DNA from: Bacteroidia bacterium
Lineage (GTDB): Bacteria; Bacteroidota; Bacteroidia; NS11-12g; UBA9320
Direction: 5' to 3'
Assembly (NCBI GenBank): GCA_965216465.1
Contig: CBDCFW010000001.1
Location: forward strand, 256,001-320,000
DNA length: 64,000 nucleotides
Shown here: positions 1 to 9,740 of the stretch, one piece after another
Layout: every line of letters starts with the position of its first letter
Numbering within the stretch: position 1 is the first letter of the stretch
Notes under the pieces: generated by a model
Database searches by the model: none
Told to the model about the DNA's origin: nothing
Seen by the model: the letters and a program-made list of their open reading frames with translations, nothing else
Position numbers and translations under genes: made by a program

Positions 1-391
1 TGCCGGGAAGGTCATCTCCTCCGATAAATAGTTCGTCTGTAACCGGAACGTAAACTACTCCAAATGTGGGAATTCCATCTTTTATTAGTGCAATATTGAC
101 GGTGAATTCGCCATTTTTCTTGATGAACTCGCGGGTACCATCTAACGGGTCGACCATCCAGAATTGGTCCCATTTACTTCTTTCTTCGTATGAAATCTGG
201 GCTCCTTCTTCACTTAAAACAGGGATGTTTGTTGACTCTAAATGCCTCATTATCACATGATGAGCAGCTTTATCCGCTCGAGTTAATGGTGAATGGTCTC
301 CCTTAATCTCCACTCCAAAATCTGCTGTATTGTAGATTTTCAGTATCTCCTCACCGGCTTCTTTGGCCGTCTTAATCAATAATTCCTTCAA
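1..391 (-). CDS. cysQ: 3'(2'),5'-bisphosphate nucleotidase CysQ (partial, runs off left edge; not in ORF track)
   Basis: Manual translation from TTG at 391: MKELLIKTAKEAGEEILKIY...KGDHSPLTRAD...VLSEE...FWMVDPLDGTREFIKKNGEFTVNIALI, the inositol-monophosphatase-family/CysQ motifs; TTGA overlap with the upstream stop. Confidence 0.92.
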   Translation of the reverse strand, partial: MKELLIKTAKEAGEEILKIYNTADFGVEIKGDHSPLTRADKAAHHVIMRHLESTNIPVLSEEGAQISYEERSKWDQFWMVDPLDGTREFIKKNGEFTVNIALIKDGIPTFGVVYVPVTDELFIGGDDLPG

Positions 392-1518
392 TTTCCTTGA
401 CTTGTTTTTAAATAAGCTGCAAGTGTTTTATCCCACAATGTCTTTTGTTCGTACTTGGCTATCACTGAGTCTCTTGCATTCTCTCTAAGTTCTTGATACA
501 AAGACTTGTTTGTGTACAATTCATTCATAGATTCACATAAACTTGAAGCATTACGAGGTTCGATAAGCAATCCGTTCTTTCTGTCTTCAATTATTTCGTT
601 GCATCCAATAATGTTAGATGATATTGCAGGTACTTGCATGGCTAGGGCTTCCATTAATGACACGCCAAATCCTTCACGATAGCTCGGAAAAACAAAAACA
701 CTCATTTTCTTCAACCACGGTCTTATATCAGACTGAAATCCTGCAAAATAGATATTGGGGTTGTTTTCTATTTCTTCTTTTACCGTCTTACTCACCGGAT
801 CAAGACTTTCAAAGTCACCTACCAAAAGTAATCTTGTATTTGCATGCTTATTATTGATGTTCAAAAAGCACTCTACTAGCTCGTTAATACCTTTATCACG
901 TACTAATCTACCTACAAATCCAAATACAAAATTGGAGTCATCGTATTGATTATCTTCAATCAAATCGCCATGATCTCTTCTATAATATTCTGCATTTATC
1001 CCATTAACACTTCCATTACCGATAACTTGAATATCCTTATTCGTGATTTTGTCTTGTAACAAAGATTCCTTCACCCCGAAACTCACCGCATATATATCAG
1101 TAGCAAAGAAACAGGTAAGCTTCTCCATGCGTTGTAAAAAACTCTTTCTCCTACCTGTTAACCCATCGTAACGCAATCCGTGCAGGTAGTAGATTCTAGT
1201 TTTTACGCCTACCAACCAACCTCCTAGCATCGTTAGAAAGCCCGCTTTAGGAGTACTTCCATGAATAACATCAGGCTTTGTTTTCCTTAATACACGAGTA
1301 ATTCTCATCAAGCTTTTGAGATCATTAAGCAACGAAACCTCACGTTTCATATTAACAACATGACCCTTAATATCTTCACTCTCGCAAATTGAATCAAGAT
1401 GACTCCCTTCACTAGACAAGACCTCTACATTAAACGATTTTTTGAGCACCTGAATTTGCCCCCTAAAAAAGTGAAGAGAAAGCGGTATAGTGGTTGATAT
1501 GATAAGCTTGGGGTTCAT
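388..1518 (-). CDS. GT4 glycosyltransferase (CapM-like)
   Basis: HGSTPKAG, FVGRLVRDKGINEL and FPSYREGFGVSLMEA (EX7E) motifs. Confidence 0.9.
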   Translation of the reverse strand: MNPKLIISTTIPLSLHFFRGQIQVLKKSFNVEVLSSEGSHLDSICESEDIKGHVVNMKREVSLLNDLKSLMRITRVLRKTKPDVIHGSTPKAGFLTMLGGWLVGVKTRIYYLHGLRYDGLTGRRKSFLQRMEKLTCFFATDIYAVSFGVKESLLQDKITNKDIQVIGNGSVNGINAEYYRRDHGDLIEDNQYDDSNFVFGFVGRLVRDKGINELVECFLNINNKHANTRLLLVGDFESLDPVSKTVKEEIENNPNIYFAGFQSDIRPWLKKMSVFVFPSYREGFGVSLMEALAMQVPAISSNIIGCNEIIEDRKNGLLIEPRNASSLCESMNELYTNKSLYQELRENARDSVIAKYEQKTLWDKTLAAYLKTSQGN

Positions 1519-1521
1519 TTA

Positions 1522-2403
1522 TCAATCTATTCCAGGTACTGTTGTTGATCTGATGGCTGCAATATCTTGCTTTAATTTGGCTATAACCTGCTCTTTTTGT
1601 GCTCCAACACCTCTCTTTTTAAGCAATATGTCCATTCTACCAAACAAAGTCAGAATTCGTACGGTTGTCGATTTTGCAAGCGACTTAAGCCACAATATGA
1701 GTTTTTTCTTACCTCCATACTTCAAAAAAAGCCGTCTTTCGTAGCGGTAGGCGAGCAGCATCTTTTTGGCTTTTACATTGCCTTCTTCTCTATAATAATA
1801 AAGAGGATCTGCAATACTGTTAATCTTCAAATCTCCCTTTGCCGCTGCCGTAACCCAAAGTGAATAATCTTGTGCTACCTTCAGGTTTGGGTTATATGGA
1901 TTGCGGAGGTGCCATGATTTTTTAGCTACCAACGCAGCATGGGTTATCCCTTTAGTTTTATGCAACAACTCGCTGAGGCTTATCGCGTTGTAAGACATTC
2001 CTCGATGGCCCACGTAATCCAAGCCATCTGTTATCGAAATAACTCCTGTACTAACTAAATCTAGATCTGGGTTTTCTAGTAGGATGTTCATTTGTGTCTC
2101 AATTCGATCAGGAGCAATTAAGTCATCTGCATCCATACGGACCAAATAATCATATTTAGCGAGCTGAGTAACTTCATTTAGCCGTGTAGCAAGTTTTTTG
2201 TTTTTTCCATCCGACATGACCCTTACCCGCTCATCCTCAATCGATTGAGCGATTTTAAGTGAATTGTCTGAAGAACCGTCGTCGATTAATATTAGCTCCC
2301 AGTTTGGATAGGTTTGTGCGTAAACCGACCGCACAGAGTCCATAAGAAATTCTTCTGAGTTGAAGAATGGAATAGCGATGGTTACAAAGGGTAATTGACT
2401 CAC
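1522..2403 (-). CDS. GT2 glycosyltransferase
   Basis: VTIAIPFFN, IDDGSSD, RMDADD motifs. Confidence 0.9.
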   Translation of the reverse strand: MSQLPFVTIAIPFFNSEEFLMDSVRSVYAQTYPNWELILIDDGSSDNSLKIAQSIEDERVRVMSDGKNKKLATRLNEVTQLAKYDYLVRMDADDLIAPDRIETQMNILLENPDLDLVSTGVISITDGLDYVGHRGMSYNAISLSELLHKTKGITHAALVAKKSWHLRNPYNPNLKVAQDYSLWVTAAAKGDLKINSIADPLYYYREEGNVKAKKMLLAYRYERRLFLKYGGKKKLILWLKSLAKSTTVRILTLFGRMDILLKKRGVGAQKEQVIAKLKQDIAAIRSTTVPGID

Positions 2404-3464
2404 GCGAAGGCTGGATTTAATCGATATGGACCTATCATCTTTTCAATGTACACGTAATAAAAAACAATATGAATTGTGTAGAAGAAAACCCAAGGAACTA
2501 TGCTTTTAAAAAGACCAAGATTCTTGAATAGCAGCGGCCAAATGAAAATAAAACCAAATGAACTATACAATGTAAATCGAATAAGATTTACATCTTGACC
2601 TCCCAAATTCACAACTATGTACACAATAGCTGTGAACATAGTGAAGTTTAGAAAGATATCGTACTTCGGAAGATCTTCTTCCTTTATCAATTTTCTAGAG
2701 AAAAAAAAGGCTGCATTCATAACAATGTATGCGACCATTAGAAGTACACCCCCTCCAGAAGTTCTGTTGTGGTAATCAGAATATTTTTCGTTTACAAGAC
2801 CAGGTGCCACACTCATTACAATTGAAAGACCTGAGGTAACCAATGTTGTTGCGATTACCAAAATCACCATTTGCTTTAGGCTTATTTTCTGCCTAAACAC
2901 AAAATACAACGGAAGCATGATTATAACCGTTTTGTGAAAACTTGCTGCAAGAATGACAAACAAGGCGTATTTAACAAAGTTACCCCGTATAAGAGGTAGT
3001 ATGGCGAAGCCGTACACTGCAGCAGCCATTGCCTGTCTAGCTCCATTAAAGAAGAAGATGTATATACCAAGTGAGATAAACACGAACATTGATATTCCAA
3101 AATTTTCAGAAATCTTCTTAGTTAAGTAGAGATAAATTGAAACTATAAATAAGGCAATTGAGAATAGGAAAGTTGTAAAGTTTTCCGTGAGCGATTGCAT
3201 TATTTTTTGAAAAATCACAAAACCAGGCTCTATCCCCCCGATGAAATCGGCAACGGAAAGTCCAACATGACGTTTGTACACGAACATATCACGATAGTTT
3301 TCGGTGTCAGTACCTACCTCCAATGCTCTAACCGTTGGAAAGACGACCAAAACAGTGAGACACAACAGTATAAAGATTGCTCTTAAAGCTGGAATCTCTT
3401 TGTACTTATTGGCCAAGAACATAAGAACGGTGGCAACAATCAGTATGACAAAGTAAATAGTCAC
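2400..3464 (-). CDS. wzy: EpsG-family polysaccharide polymerase (Wzy)
   Basis: About 10 hydrophobic segments; VGTDTENY, EPGF, RQAMA, ASFHKT motifs typical of EpsG. Confidence 0.8.
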   Translation of the reverse strand: MTIYFVILIVATVLMFLANKYKEIPALRAIFILLCLTVLVVFPTVRALEVGTDTENYRDMFVYKRHVGLSVADFIGGIEPGFVIFQKIMQSLTENFTTFLFSIALFIVSIYLYLTKKISENFGISMFVFISLGIYIFFFNGARQAMAAAVYGFAILPLIRGNFVKYALFVILAASFHKTVIIMLPLYFVFRQKISLKQMVILVIATTLVTSGLSIVMSVAPGLVNEKYSDYHNRTSGGGVLLMVAYIVMNAAFFFSRKLIKEEDLPKYDIFLNFTMFTAIVYIVVNLGGQDVNLIRFTLYSSFGFIFIWPLLFKNLGLFKSIVPWVFFYTIHIVFYYVYIEKMIGPYRLNPAFA

Positions 3465-3466
3465 TT

Positions 3467-4609
3467 CTATTGTGATTTCTTCAATATCGTTCGAAGCACC
3501 TCATAATGAGATTCGCATCGAATTACGTTAAGCATTGTTCTTAACTTTTGTCGAGAGTATATCAATTTTACCAAACGATTTCCTGTCAATCTATTAAGAT
3601 GAATAAGCACACGATTAAACCCTAGAATTAAAGGAAGATAGAGTGAAGCTTTTGAGTTACAGAACGCGTTCCATTTTTCAGCAATAAAATCGGCATCATC
3701 TAGGTTTCTTGATTCGGCCTGAAGGTCTTGCAGTACTTTATCTGCTTCGCTCTTTTCTAGCAATTCAATTCCTTTTGATGTAGCCGTGATTGGCTTAAGA
3801 TCCAGCTGCTTAAAAATTTTATTGGCTTCACGTTTCAAGACTAAATTAATAATAAGGCCATGATTCCAGCTCTCATCCTTTCGCAATCCAAAGATTGTGT
3901 TTCCTTGTCCGTATATAATATCTCCAGATTTATAATTTTCAGCGGTACCAATGCAATGGCTGTGTTGACAAGTAACTAGGTCTGCTCCTGATTCAATCAT
4001 CTTTCGACATCGTTTTTGCAAATCTGGTGATGGATATCGATGGTATTCAATTCCTCCATGGTACAGAATTATCAAGTAATCAACTTCGTTTTTTACTTCG
4101 CGTATAGCATCAAAGTCGTAATAAACATCAATAAAGTTTGCTCCTGCTGATTTACCGTTCGCTGTGTTGAACTCTTGCTCTGCAAAAGCCATTACCCCTA
4201 CCTTAATATCATTTACCTCGGAAATAAAAGGTTTTTTCGCTGCTTGTATATTTCTTCCAGCCCCTACGGTGTTAATCCCATTCTCTTCACACGTTTTCAG
4301 TGTTGATAGAACTCCTTCTTCTCCTAAGTCTTTTATGTGATTATTGGCCATACCTAGCAGATTAAAGCCAGCATCTTTAAATACATTAATGAAGCTGGTC
4401 TTACCACTTAAGATTGGCCCGGTTTTTTTAACTGCTTGCCCATTGTCAATTAGCGGAAACTCTAGGTTCGCCATTGTTAAATCTGAATTCTGAGTTAAAC
4501 TCAATGCCCCATTAAACAATGATTGGCTATCTTGAGCTTCAAAAAGTTGTTTTGTGTCCTGAGTCGGACAAATATCTCCACATATTACAATGTTCGCTTC
4601 ACCTTTCAT
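3467..4609 (-). CDS. CapA/PGA_cap-family metallophosphoesterase-like protein
   Basis: GDI, ANLEFP, MANNHIKD, YHGGIEY, QHSHC, YGQGN motifs. Confidence 0.85.
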   Translation of the reverse strand: MKGEANIVICGDICPTQDTKQLFEAQDSQSLFNGALSLTQNSDLTMANLEFPLIDNGQAVKKTGPILSGKTSFINVFKDAGFNLLGMANNHIKDLGEEGVLSTLKTCEENGINTVGAGRNIQAAKKPFISEVNDIKVGVMAFAEQEFNTANGKSAGANFIDVYYDFDAIREVKNEVDYLIILYHGGIEYHRYPSPDLQKRCRKMIESGADLVTCQHSHCIGTAENYKSGDIIYGQGNTIFGLRKDESWNHGLIINLVLKREANKIFKQLDLKPITATSKGIELLEKSEADKVLQDLQAESRNLDDADFIAEKWNAFCNSKASLYLPLILGFNRVLIHLNRLTGNRLVKLIYSRQKLRTMLNVIRCESHYEVLRTILKKSQ

Positions 4610-5766
4610 TTTTGTAAGTATAGTTCTTCAATCTTTGCGGTATTTCCAGCAACATCAAAACCGAGATTTACAATGTTCCTACGAACAATATCTAAATCGG
4701 AATGTTTTTTAGCTTCAATAATGGAGTCTACCCATGGTTCGACATCAAAATCACTATGATATTTCACTAATCCTAGCTCCATATCAACACTTGGAGGAAA
4801 GCCAGAATACAAAACACAGGGTATTCCTGCTGCCTGAGCTTCAACTGCTACAAGACCAAAGCCTTCTTGTAAAGCGGGACCAACGAAAACAGTCATTGCG
4901 TTAACCACAGTTTCTACATCGTCTCTGCTCCCTAGGTAATGAACACAATCAATTACATCTCCGTCTTTCGCAGCAGCAAGAATTTCTTTTTGATATGCCT
5001 TGTCATCATCTCTTCCAGCATAAATAAAACGAAATTCTATCTCTCTCTTCTTTAATTCCTTGAGAATGTCGATAATGAAACGAACATTTTTATGACGCAC
5101 CACTCTTCCAACATTTCCAAGCACTAGGGTTGATTCATTGAGATTAAGTTCTCTTCTCAATGTATTCAATTTTTGAGGGTCAGGAGATTGAAATTTTTGA
5201 ACATCTACCGCATTATTAATGATTGCGGATCTTTCTGGGGTTAAGAGCGACGAAAAGAATAGGCTTCTGTTTGCTTCTTCTGAGCATCCCCAGTAGTTCG
5301 TTGCAAAACGTGCCATTAACATCTGCTGAAATTTAAGTTCTATTTTACTTAGAAATACTTTTAGCCATTGTCCTCTTATTTTTAAGTCTGCATGTGAGTG
5401 CACTACAATTTTCTTTGCTCCTGCTCGCTTAGCTGCCCATGCAATAATTCCAGACTTGGCATTCATATGAATGTGAACCACATCATAACCCCCATTCGCT
5501 TTAAATAGTTGCTTAAATATATAGAGATATTTAATTGGACCGATATCCCATTGAGCACCTATGTGATACAATCGACAACCCAATTCTACTAATTCCTGAT
5601 CAAAGTCCCCTTCAGTAATACCTTGCTTTGTGTTATAGTTAACTAAAAAATCAAAGTGAAAATTAGACGATTTATTACGCGTTACATCCATTAACATTAC
5701 CTCGGCCCCGCCTCTGTTCATAGAGCCAACTACATGAAGTACACGAACGGGTAAGGAAGAGTTCAA
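4606..5766 (-). CDS. GT4 glycosyltransferase (EpsF-like); probable start TTG 5766
   Basis: RVLHVVGSMNRGGAE, NVGR, EGFGLVAVEAQAAG; the ORF-track start at 5871 overlaps the upstream gene by about 100 nt. Confidence 0.85.
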   Translation of the reverse strand: MNSSLPVRVLHVVGSMNRGGAEVMLMDVTRNKSSNFHFDFLVNYNTKQGITEGDFDQELVELGCRLYHIGAQWDIGPIKYLYIFKQLFKANGGYDVVHIHMNAKSGIIAWAAKRAGAKKIVVHSHADLKIRGQWLKVFLSKIELKFQQMLMARFATNYWGCSEEANRSLFFSSLLTPERSAIINNAVDVQKFQSPDPQKLNTLRRELNLNESTLVLGNVGRVVRHKNVRFIIDILKELKKREIEFRFIYAGRDDDKAYQKEILAAAKDGDVIDCVHYLGSRDDVETVVNAMTVFVGPALQEGFGLVAVEAQAAGIPCVLYSGFPPSVDMELGLVKYHSDFDVEPWVDSIIEAKKHSDLDIVRRNIVNLGFDVAGNTAKIEELYLQK

Positions 5767-5767
5767 T

Positions 5768-6676
5768 TTACAGTTTATCGTAAAGACTGGTGTGTTCTCT
5801 AACAAAGCCTTCTTTGCTTTTAGGAAACACCAGATAGTTCCATTTATTTGGAATAGCCTTAAAACTTTCAAATTGCGTTGCCTTTGTTTCGCTATCTAAG
5901 TTAAAAATAAGATAGTTATTCAACTCAAATAATTGATTCAACTGATCGGCCACAGAATCTCGTAGAATCTCAATGATTATTATCGGCTCAAACTTAGCCA
6001 GGTACTTCCCTAGCCCTTCAATGGCTTCTGGTTCGTGAAGTTCTATATCTAACTTCATTAAATCTATTCCATCAATTTTATGATTTTCAATGTAGTCATC
6101 CAACCGAACAGTCTCGACCTTATACTCTACAATTTCACCGGTAAAACCTTTAGTATTTTTTAACTTATCTGGTGATAATGATGCACTAGTTTGATTGACT
6201 TCGGGAACATCATAAAATGTTTCTACACCCGTTTTTTTTGATACTCCTACCTTTTCACATTGCGTATCAAAACCGTTCAACTTATTGTTGTATGCCATGC
6301 GATTGAACGTGTTGTCGGAAGGTTCAAACGCATATACCTTAGCTTTGGGATTTAACGATTTCGCCACCAAGCTGTATACTCCTGTATTAGCTCCAATATC
6401 AAAGATAGAATTGCTGACTTTGCAAAGTTCTTTCCATATCCATCCTGTTTCTCTTTCCCAGGTCTTGAATAGCCCTTTCCAAAAAACTTCCGTTTCAATT
6501 ATACCTCCGTTATGATATATTTTGAATTTAGTATTCTTCTCAACCTCAACCTCAAAAACACCAATGAAAGACAATTTGCGGTACAATTTATTTGGCACTA
6601 CACCTAGCTTTTTTAAAAAACTAAACATTTGTTTTTTTAGCGGGATGAGGTTGTAGACTTTTTTTATTGCTTTCAT
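5768..6676 (-). CDS. FkbM-family SAM-dependent methyltransferase
   Basis: IFDIGANTGVYS, YAFEP, VRLDD, MKLDIE motifs. Confidence 0.85.
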   Translation of the reverse strand: MKAIKKVYNLIPLKKQMFSFLKKLGVVPNKLYRKLSFIGVFEVEVEKNTKFKIYHNGGIIETEVFWKGLFKTWERETGWIWKELCKVSNSIFDIGANTGVYSLVAKSLNPKAKVYAFEPSDNTFNRMAYNNKLNGFDTQCEKVGVSKKTGVETFYDVPEVNQTSASLSPDKLKNTKGFTGEIVEYKVETVRLDDYIENHKIDGIDLMKLDIELHEPEAIEGLGKYLAKFEPIIIIEILRDSVADQLNQLFELNNYLIFNLDSETKATQFESFKAIPNKWNYLVFPKSKEGFVREHTSLYDKL

Positions 6677-6689
6677 ATTTGATTGAGTA

Positions 6690-7619
6690 TTATGAAGGTA
6701 AAACTATGTATTCACCTAAAATATCGTCATATTTAGGTGGTGTAAAATCGGGCAATCCACTCTTTGGGTAAAAAGTTAGCTCACCAAACACGATCTTTTT
6801 ATTGGTTTCATAAAGGTCAACCCGAACAAACGGAAAGCCTTGGCTTAAATCTTTTGCCATCGCAATCATCTCTTCTAGTTTAGAAGGTTTAGGGATATTT
6901 ATGTCAGGTCGTGGCACTAAATCTTTACCGAAAGGTAAGATTGACCAGTTTAGGTCATAAAAGTTTTGTGCATGATTAGCACTTCCTCGACCTTTATTCG
7001 CTTGAACAAATCGCACATCTCCATCAAAGCAGAAAAATTTATAGTCCATTAATTGGCCACTCTCATCTTCAAGATACTTCTCTACAATCACACTGGGTTT
7101 CATGTTTTTGTAAGGCCATTCTCGTCCTGGCCAAAAGATATTATTCTTTAACCAGCTATTCATTATCTTTTTCCAAATGAACCAATTAACCTTTGACTTG
7201 TCTTTACAGACAAAGTTCCAACCGCTTCCGTGGCTGGCTTTTATTACAAATCGATTGGGCAGAATCTTGGAATCAAAGTCTTTAATATCATAAAAAACAG
7301 CAATTAGGTCATTGAGTGTATCACCATAGCCTTTTTCTTCTATGAATTTTCTTACTTCATATTTATCTGAGCAAGTAGTTTGAATTGGATTATGATAGTG
7401 TAGCTTTAACCATTGTTGTTTCTCGCCCCAAGTTTTTGGCTCCATTAAGTTTGGCAATTTGCCAGTATAATCTTTAAAGAGCTTATTTATTGCAGCTGTG
7501 TCATCCAGATTTTGAAGCGATTTTATTCCTTTTTTTCTCTGATTCTCTAGCCAAATGAACAACAGCCAAGGATTTTCATTTTTTAGACGTACCAGGATAT
7601 CTCTTAGCTTTGCTATCAT
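6690..7619 (-). CDS. TupA-like ATP-grasp amidoligase
   Basis: SDKYEVR, FVIKASHGSG, DYKFFCFDG, FVRVDLY, FGELTFYP motifs. Confidence 0.85.
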   Translation of the reverse strand: MIAKLRDILVRLKNENPWLLFIWLENQRKKGIKSLQNLDDTAAINKLFKDYTGKLPNLMEPKTWGEKQQWLKLHYHNPIQTTCSDKYEVRKFIEEKGYGDTLNDLIAVFYDIKDFDSKILPNRFVIKASHGSGWNFVCKDKSKVNWFIWKKIMNSWLKNNIFWPGREWPYKNMKPSVIVEKYLEDESGQLMDYKFFCFDGDVRFVQANKGRGSANHAQNFYDLNWSILPFGKDLVPRPDINIPKPSKLEEMIAMAKDLSQGFPFVRVDLYETNKKIVFGELTFYPKSGLPDFTPPKYDDILGEYIVLPS

Positions 7620-8614
7620 TTCTTTTTAACCATGCGATAAGCACTTCGAGACAACTTCCAAAAATTGAATTTTAACTTCTCAGTCCATGAACCTTCATTG
7701 GCCAAATAGAACATTCTTGCCTGTGGTCGCATAGGTTTATTTGAACGTATGTAATTCCACTGGTCTTCACCGAGTCTTTGATTTAAAATTGACATGGCCT
7801 GTTCTTTAAGTTCGTCTTTAACCGAATCATACATGCCAAAAAGAAGATTTAACTGCTGCTTTACGAATTCATCTTTAAATTCAGTGTAATGACCAGATTT
7901 TTGAAGATAGTGTTGGGTTATGTCCATTACCTCTGCAAGATGAAAAAGCTTTTCATTCTTCTTATGGGTTGTGGCTCCTCCTTGTTGTCGATAGTAGCAC
8001 AATCTTTCAGGCAATAGTGCAATCTTATTCAGTGAAGTTATTAAATGCCAATGAACAGGAATATCCTGACGAGTCAATCCTTTTGGAAAATGAATTGCGA
8101 GGTCTCTTGCTACCGCTGTTTTAATTAACTTAATCCAAGTAAAGGCGGGACGTCGAAGCAGGGCCAATTTATCTTCCGCATTTACGTTGATTAGCTCACT
8201 AGCTTTAGCTGAACTAGCCTCAATTTCACTCTCATGAACAAACGAGCAGTAATCCCACAAAACCATGTCACTTTGTTCGCTTTCTGCAAGCTTATATGCC
8301 TTTTCGAAGAGTGTCTCACTCATCAAATCGTCGCCATCAACAAAAGCTACATACTTTCCTTTTGCAAGAGAAAGCGACTGATTTCTTGCCACCGCGAGAC
8401 CTTCATTGTGCTCTTTGAGAATAACTTGAACTCTTCGATCCTTTTCTGCGTACTCAAGCAAGATGTCTTTAGTTCGATCTGTTGAACCATCATCGATGCA
8501 GATAATCTCAATATCTCTTAAAGTTTGATTAACAATGCATTCGAGACTGTCACGTACAAACTCTTCCACATTGTACGTAGACATTGTTACAGAAACGAGC
8601 GGCTTAGTTTTCAT
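7616..8614 (-). CDS. GT2 glycosyltransferase
   Basis: VSVTMSTYNVE, IDDGSTD, FVDGDD motifs. Confidence 0.9.
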   Translation of the reverse strand: MKTKPLVSVTMSTYNVEEFVRDSLECIVNQTLRDIEIICIDDGSTDRTKDILLEYAEKDRRVQVILKEHNEGLAVARNQSLSLAKGKYVAFVDGDDLMSETLFEKAYKLAESEQSDMVLWDYCSFVHESEIEASSAKASELINVNAEDKLALLRRPAFTWIKLIKTAVARDLAIHFPKGLTRQDIPVHWHLITSLNKIALLPERLCYYRQQGGATTHKKNEKLFHLAEVMDITQHYLQKSGHYTEFKDEFVKQQLNLLFGMYDSVKDELKEQAMSILNQRLGEDQWNYIRSNKPMRPQARMFYLANEGSWTEKLKFNFWKLSRSAYRMVKKK

Positions 8615-9740
8615 CGATTATGGTTTCCTTCTCTTTCTTCGACATGGAGAGAGCAGATGCTATAACTTGATCCATATCGTAGTATTTATATTGTGCTAAT
8701 CTTCCCCCAAAAATTACATTTTCACACGCATCAGCGAGCTTTTTATATTGACTATATAGCTTCTTATTTTTTTCGTCGTTGATCGGATAATATGGTTGCT
8801 TTTCTTTGCTCCATTCTTGTGGATACTCCTTAGTAATTACAGTCTTGGGTTGTGTTCCAAATTCAAAATGCTTATGCTCAACTATTCGGGTATACTTAGT
8901 TTCAGGATCGGTATAATTAACGATTGCGTTGTTTTGAAAATTAGGAGTATCTAAGGTCTCTTCGTCAAATCTTAGGCTTCTGTACTCGAGTTCACCAAAC
9001 TGATAGTTAAAATATGCATCCAATTTCCCGGTGTAGACTAGTTTATTTCCGAGTTTCTCTAAACTGTCTTTGTGATTAAAATAGTCAGTCTCAAGAATTA
9101 CTTCAACTCCTTCCAATAACCCATCAATTATCGCATTGTATCCGCCTTTTGGTATTCCTTGGTACTTATCATTAAAATAGTTGTTATCGTATTCAAGACG
9201 AACGGGAATTCTTTTCAATATAGATGCCGGTAAATCTTGACACTGCCTACCCCACTGCTTTTCGGTATACCCTTTAATGAGTTTCGAATAAATTTCTGGT
9301 CCCACCGTAGAAAGTGCCAGCTCTTCGAGTGACTGAATTGAAGTTTTTTTGAATGGTTTGGTTTCTTCTTCAATCTTGCTTCTTGCTTGCTCGACTGTTT
9401 CGGTTCCCCACATTTGAAAAAACGTATTCATGTTAAACGGTAAATTATACTTCTCACCATAATAGTTAGCCATAGGCTTATTAATGAAGTGATTGAATTC
9501 GGCGAACTGATTCACAAAGTTCCAAATGGTCTCATCATTGGTATGGAATATATGTGGACCGTACTTGTGAACCGTTATGCCTTCTTTCTTTTCGCAATAC
9601 ACGTTTCCGCCTACATGCTTTCTGCAATCAATTACAAGGCATGTTTTATTAATCTTATGCATTTCATAGGCGAATACAGATCCAAAAAGACCCGAACCCA
9701 CTATCACATAATCGTACTTTTCTAACTTCGTTTTTAGCAA
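8604..9740 (-). CDS. glf: UDP-galactopyranose mutase
   Basis: IVGSGLFG FAD motif, HKYGPHIFHT, YTEKQWG, YFNDKYQG, PYYP, GRLAQYKYYDM. Confidence 0.95.
   Translation of the reverse strand: MLKTKLEKYDYVIVGSGLFGSVFAYEMHKINKTCLVIDCRKHVGGNVYCEKKEGITVHKYGPHIFHTNDETIWNFVNQFAEFNHFINKPMANYYGEKYNLPFNMNTFFQMWGTETVEQARSKIEEETKPFKKTSIQSLEELALSTVGPEIYSKLIKGYTEKQWGRQCQDLPASILKRIPVRLEYDNNYFNDKYQGIPKGGYNAIIDGLLEGVEVILETDYFNHKDSLEKLGNKLVYTGKLDAYFNYQFGELEYRSLRFDEETLDTPNFQNNAIVNYTDPETKYTRIVEHKHFEFGTQPKTVITKEYPQEWSKEKQPYYPINDEKNKKLYSQYKKLADACENVIFGGRLAQYKYYDMDQVIASALSMSKKEKETIIDEN

Noticed and set aside
5767-5871. Apparent long gene overlaps from ORF-track starts (also 29335-29379, 33082-33105, 37334-37384, 51811-51906, 52448-52483)
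   Set aside because: Artefacts of choosing the most upstream start codon; downstream starts match where family motifs begin
2701-6240. Homopolymer runs (A8 at 2701, T8 at 6232) as phase-variation tracts
   Set aside because: Runs of 8 are expected in such AT-rich DNA and both reading frames are intact
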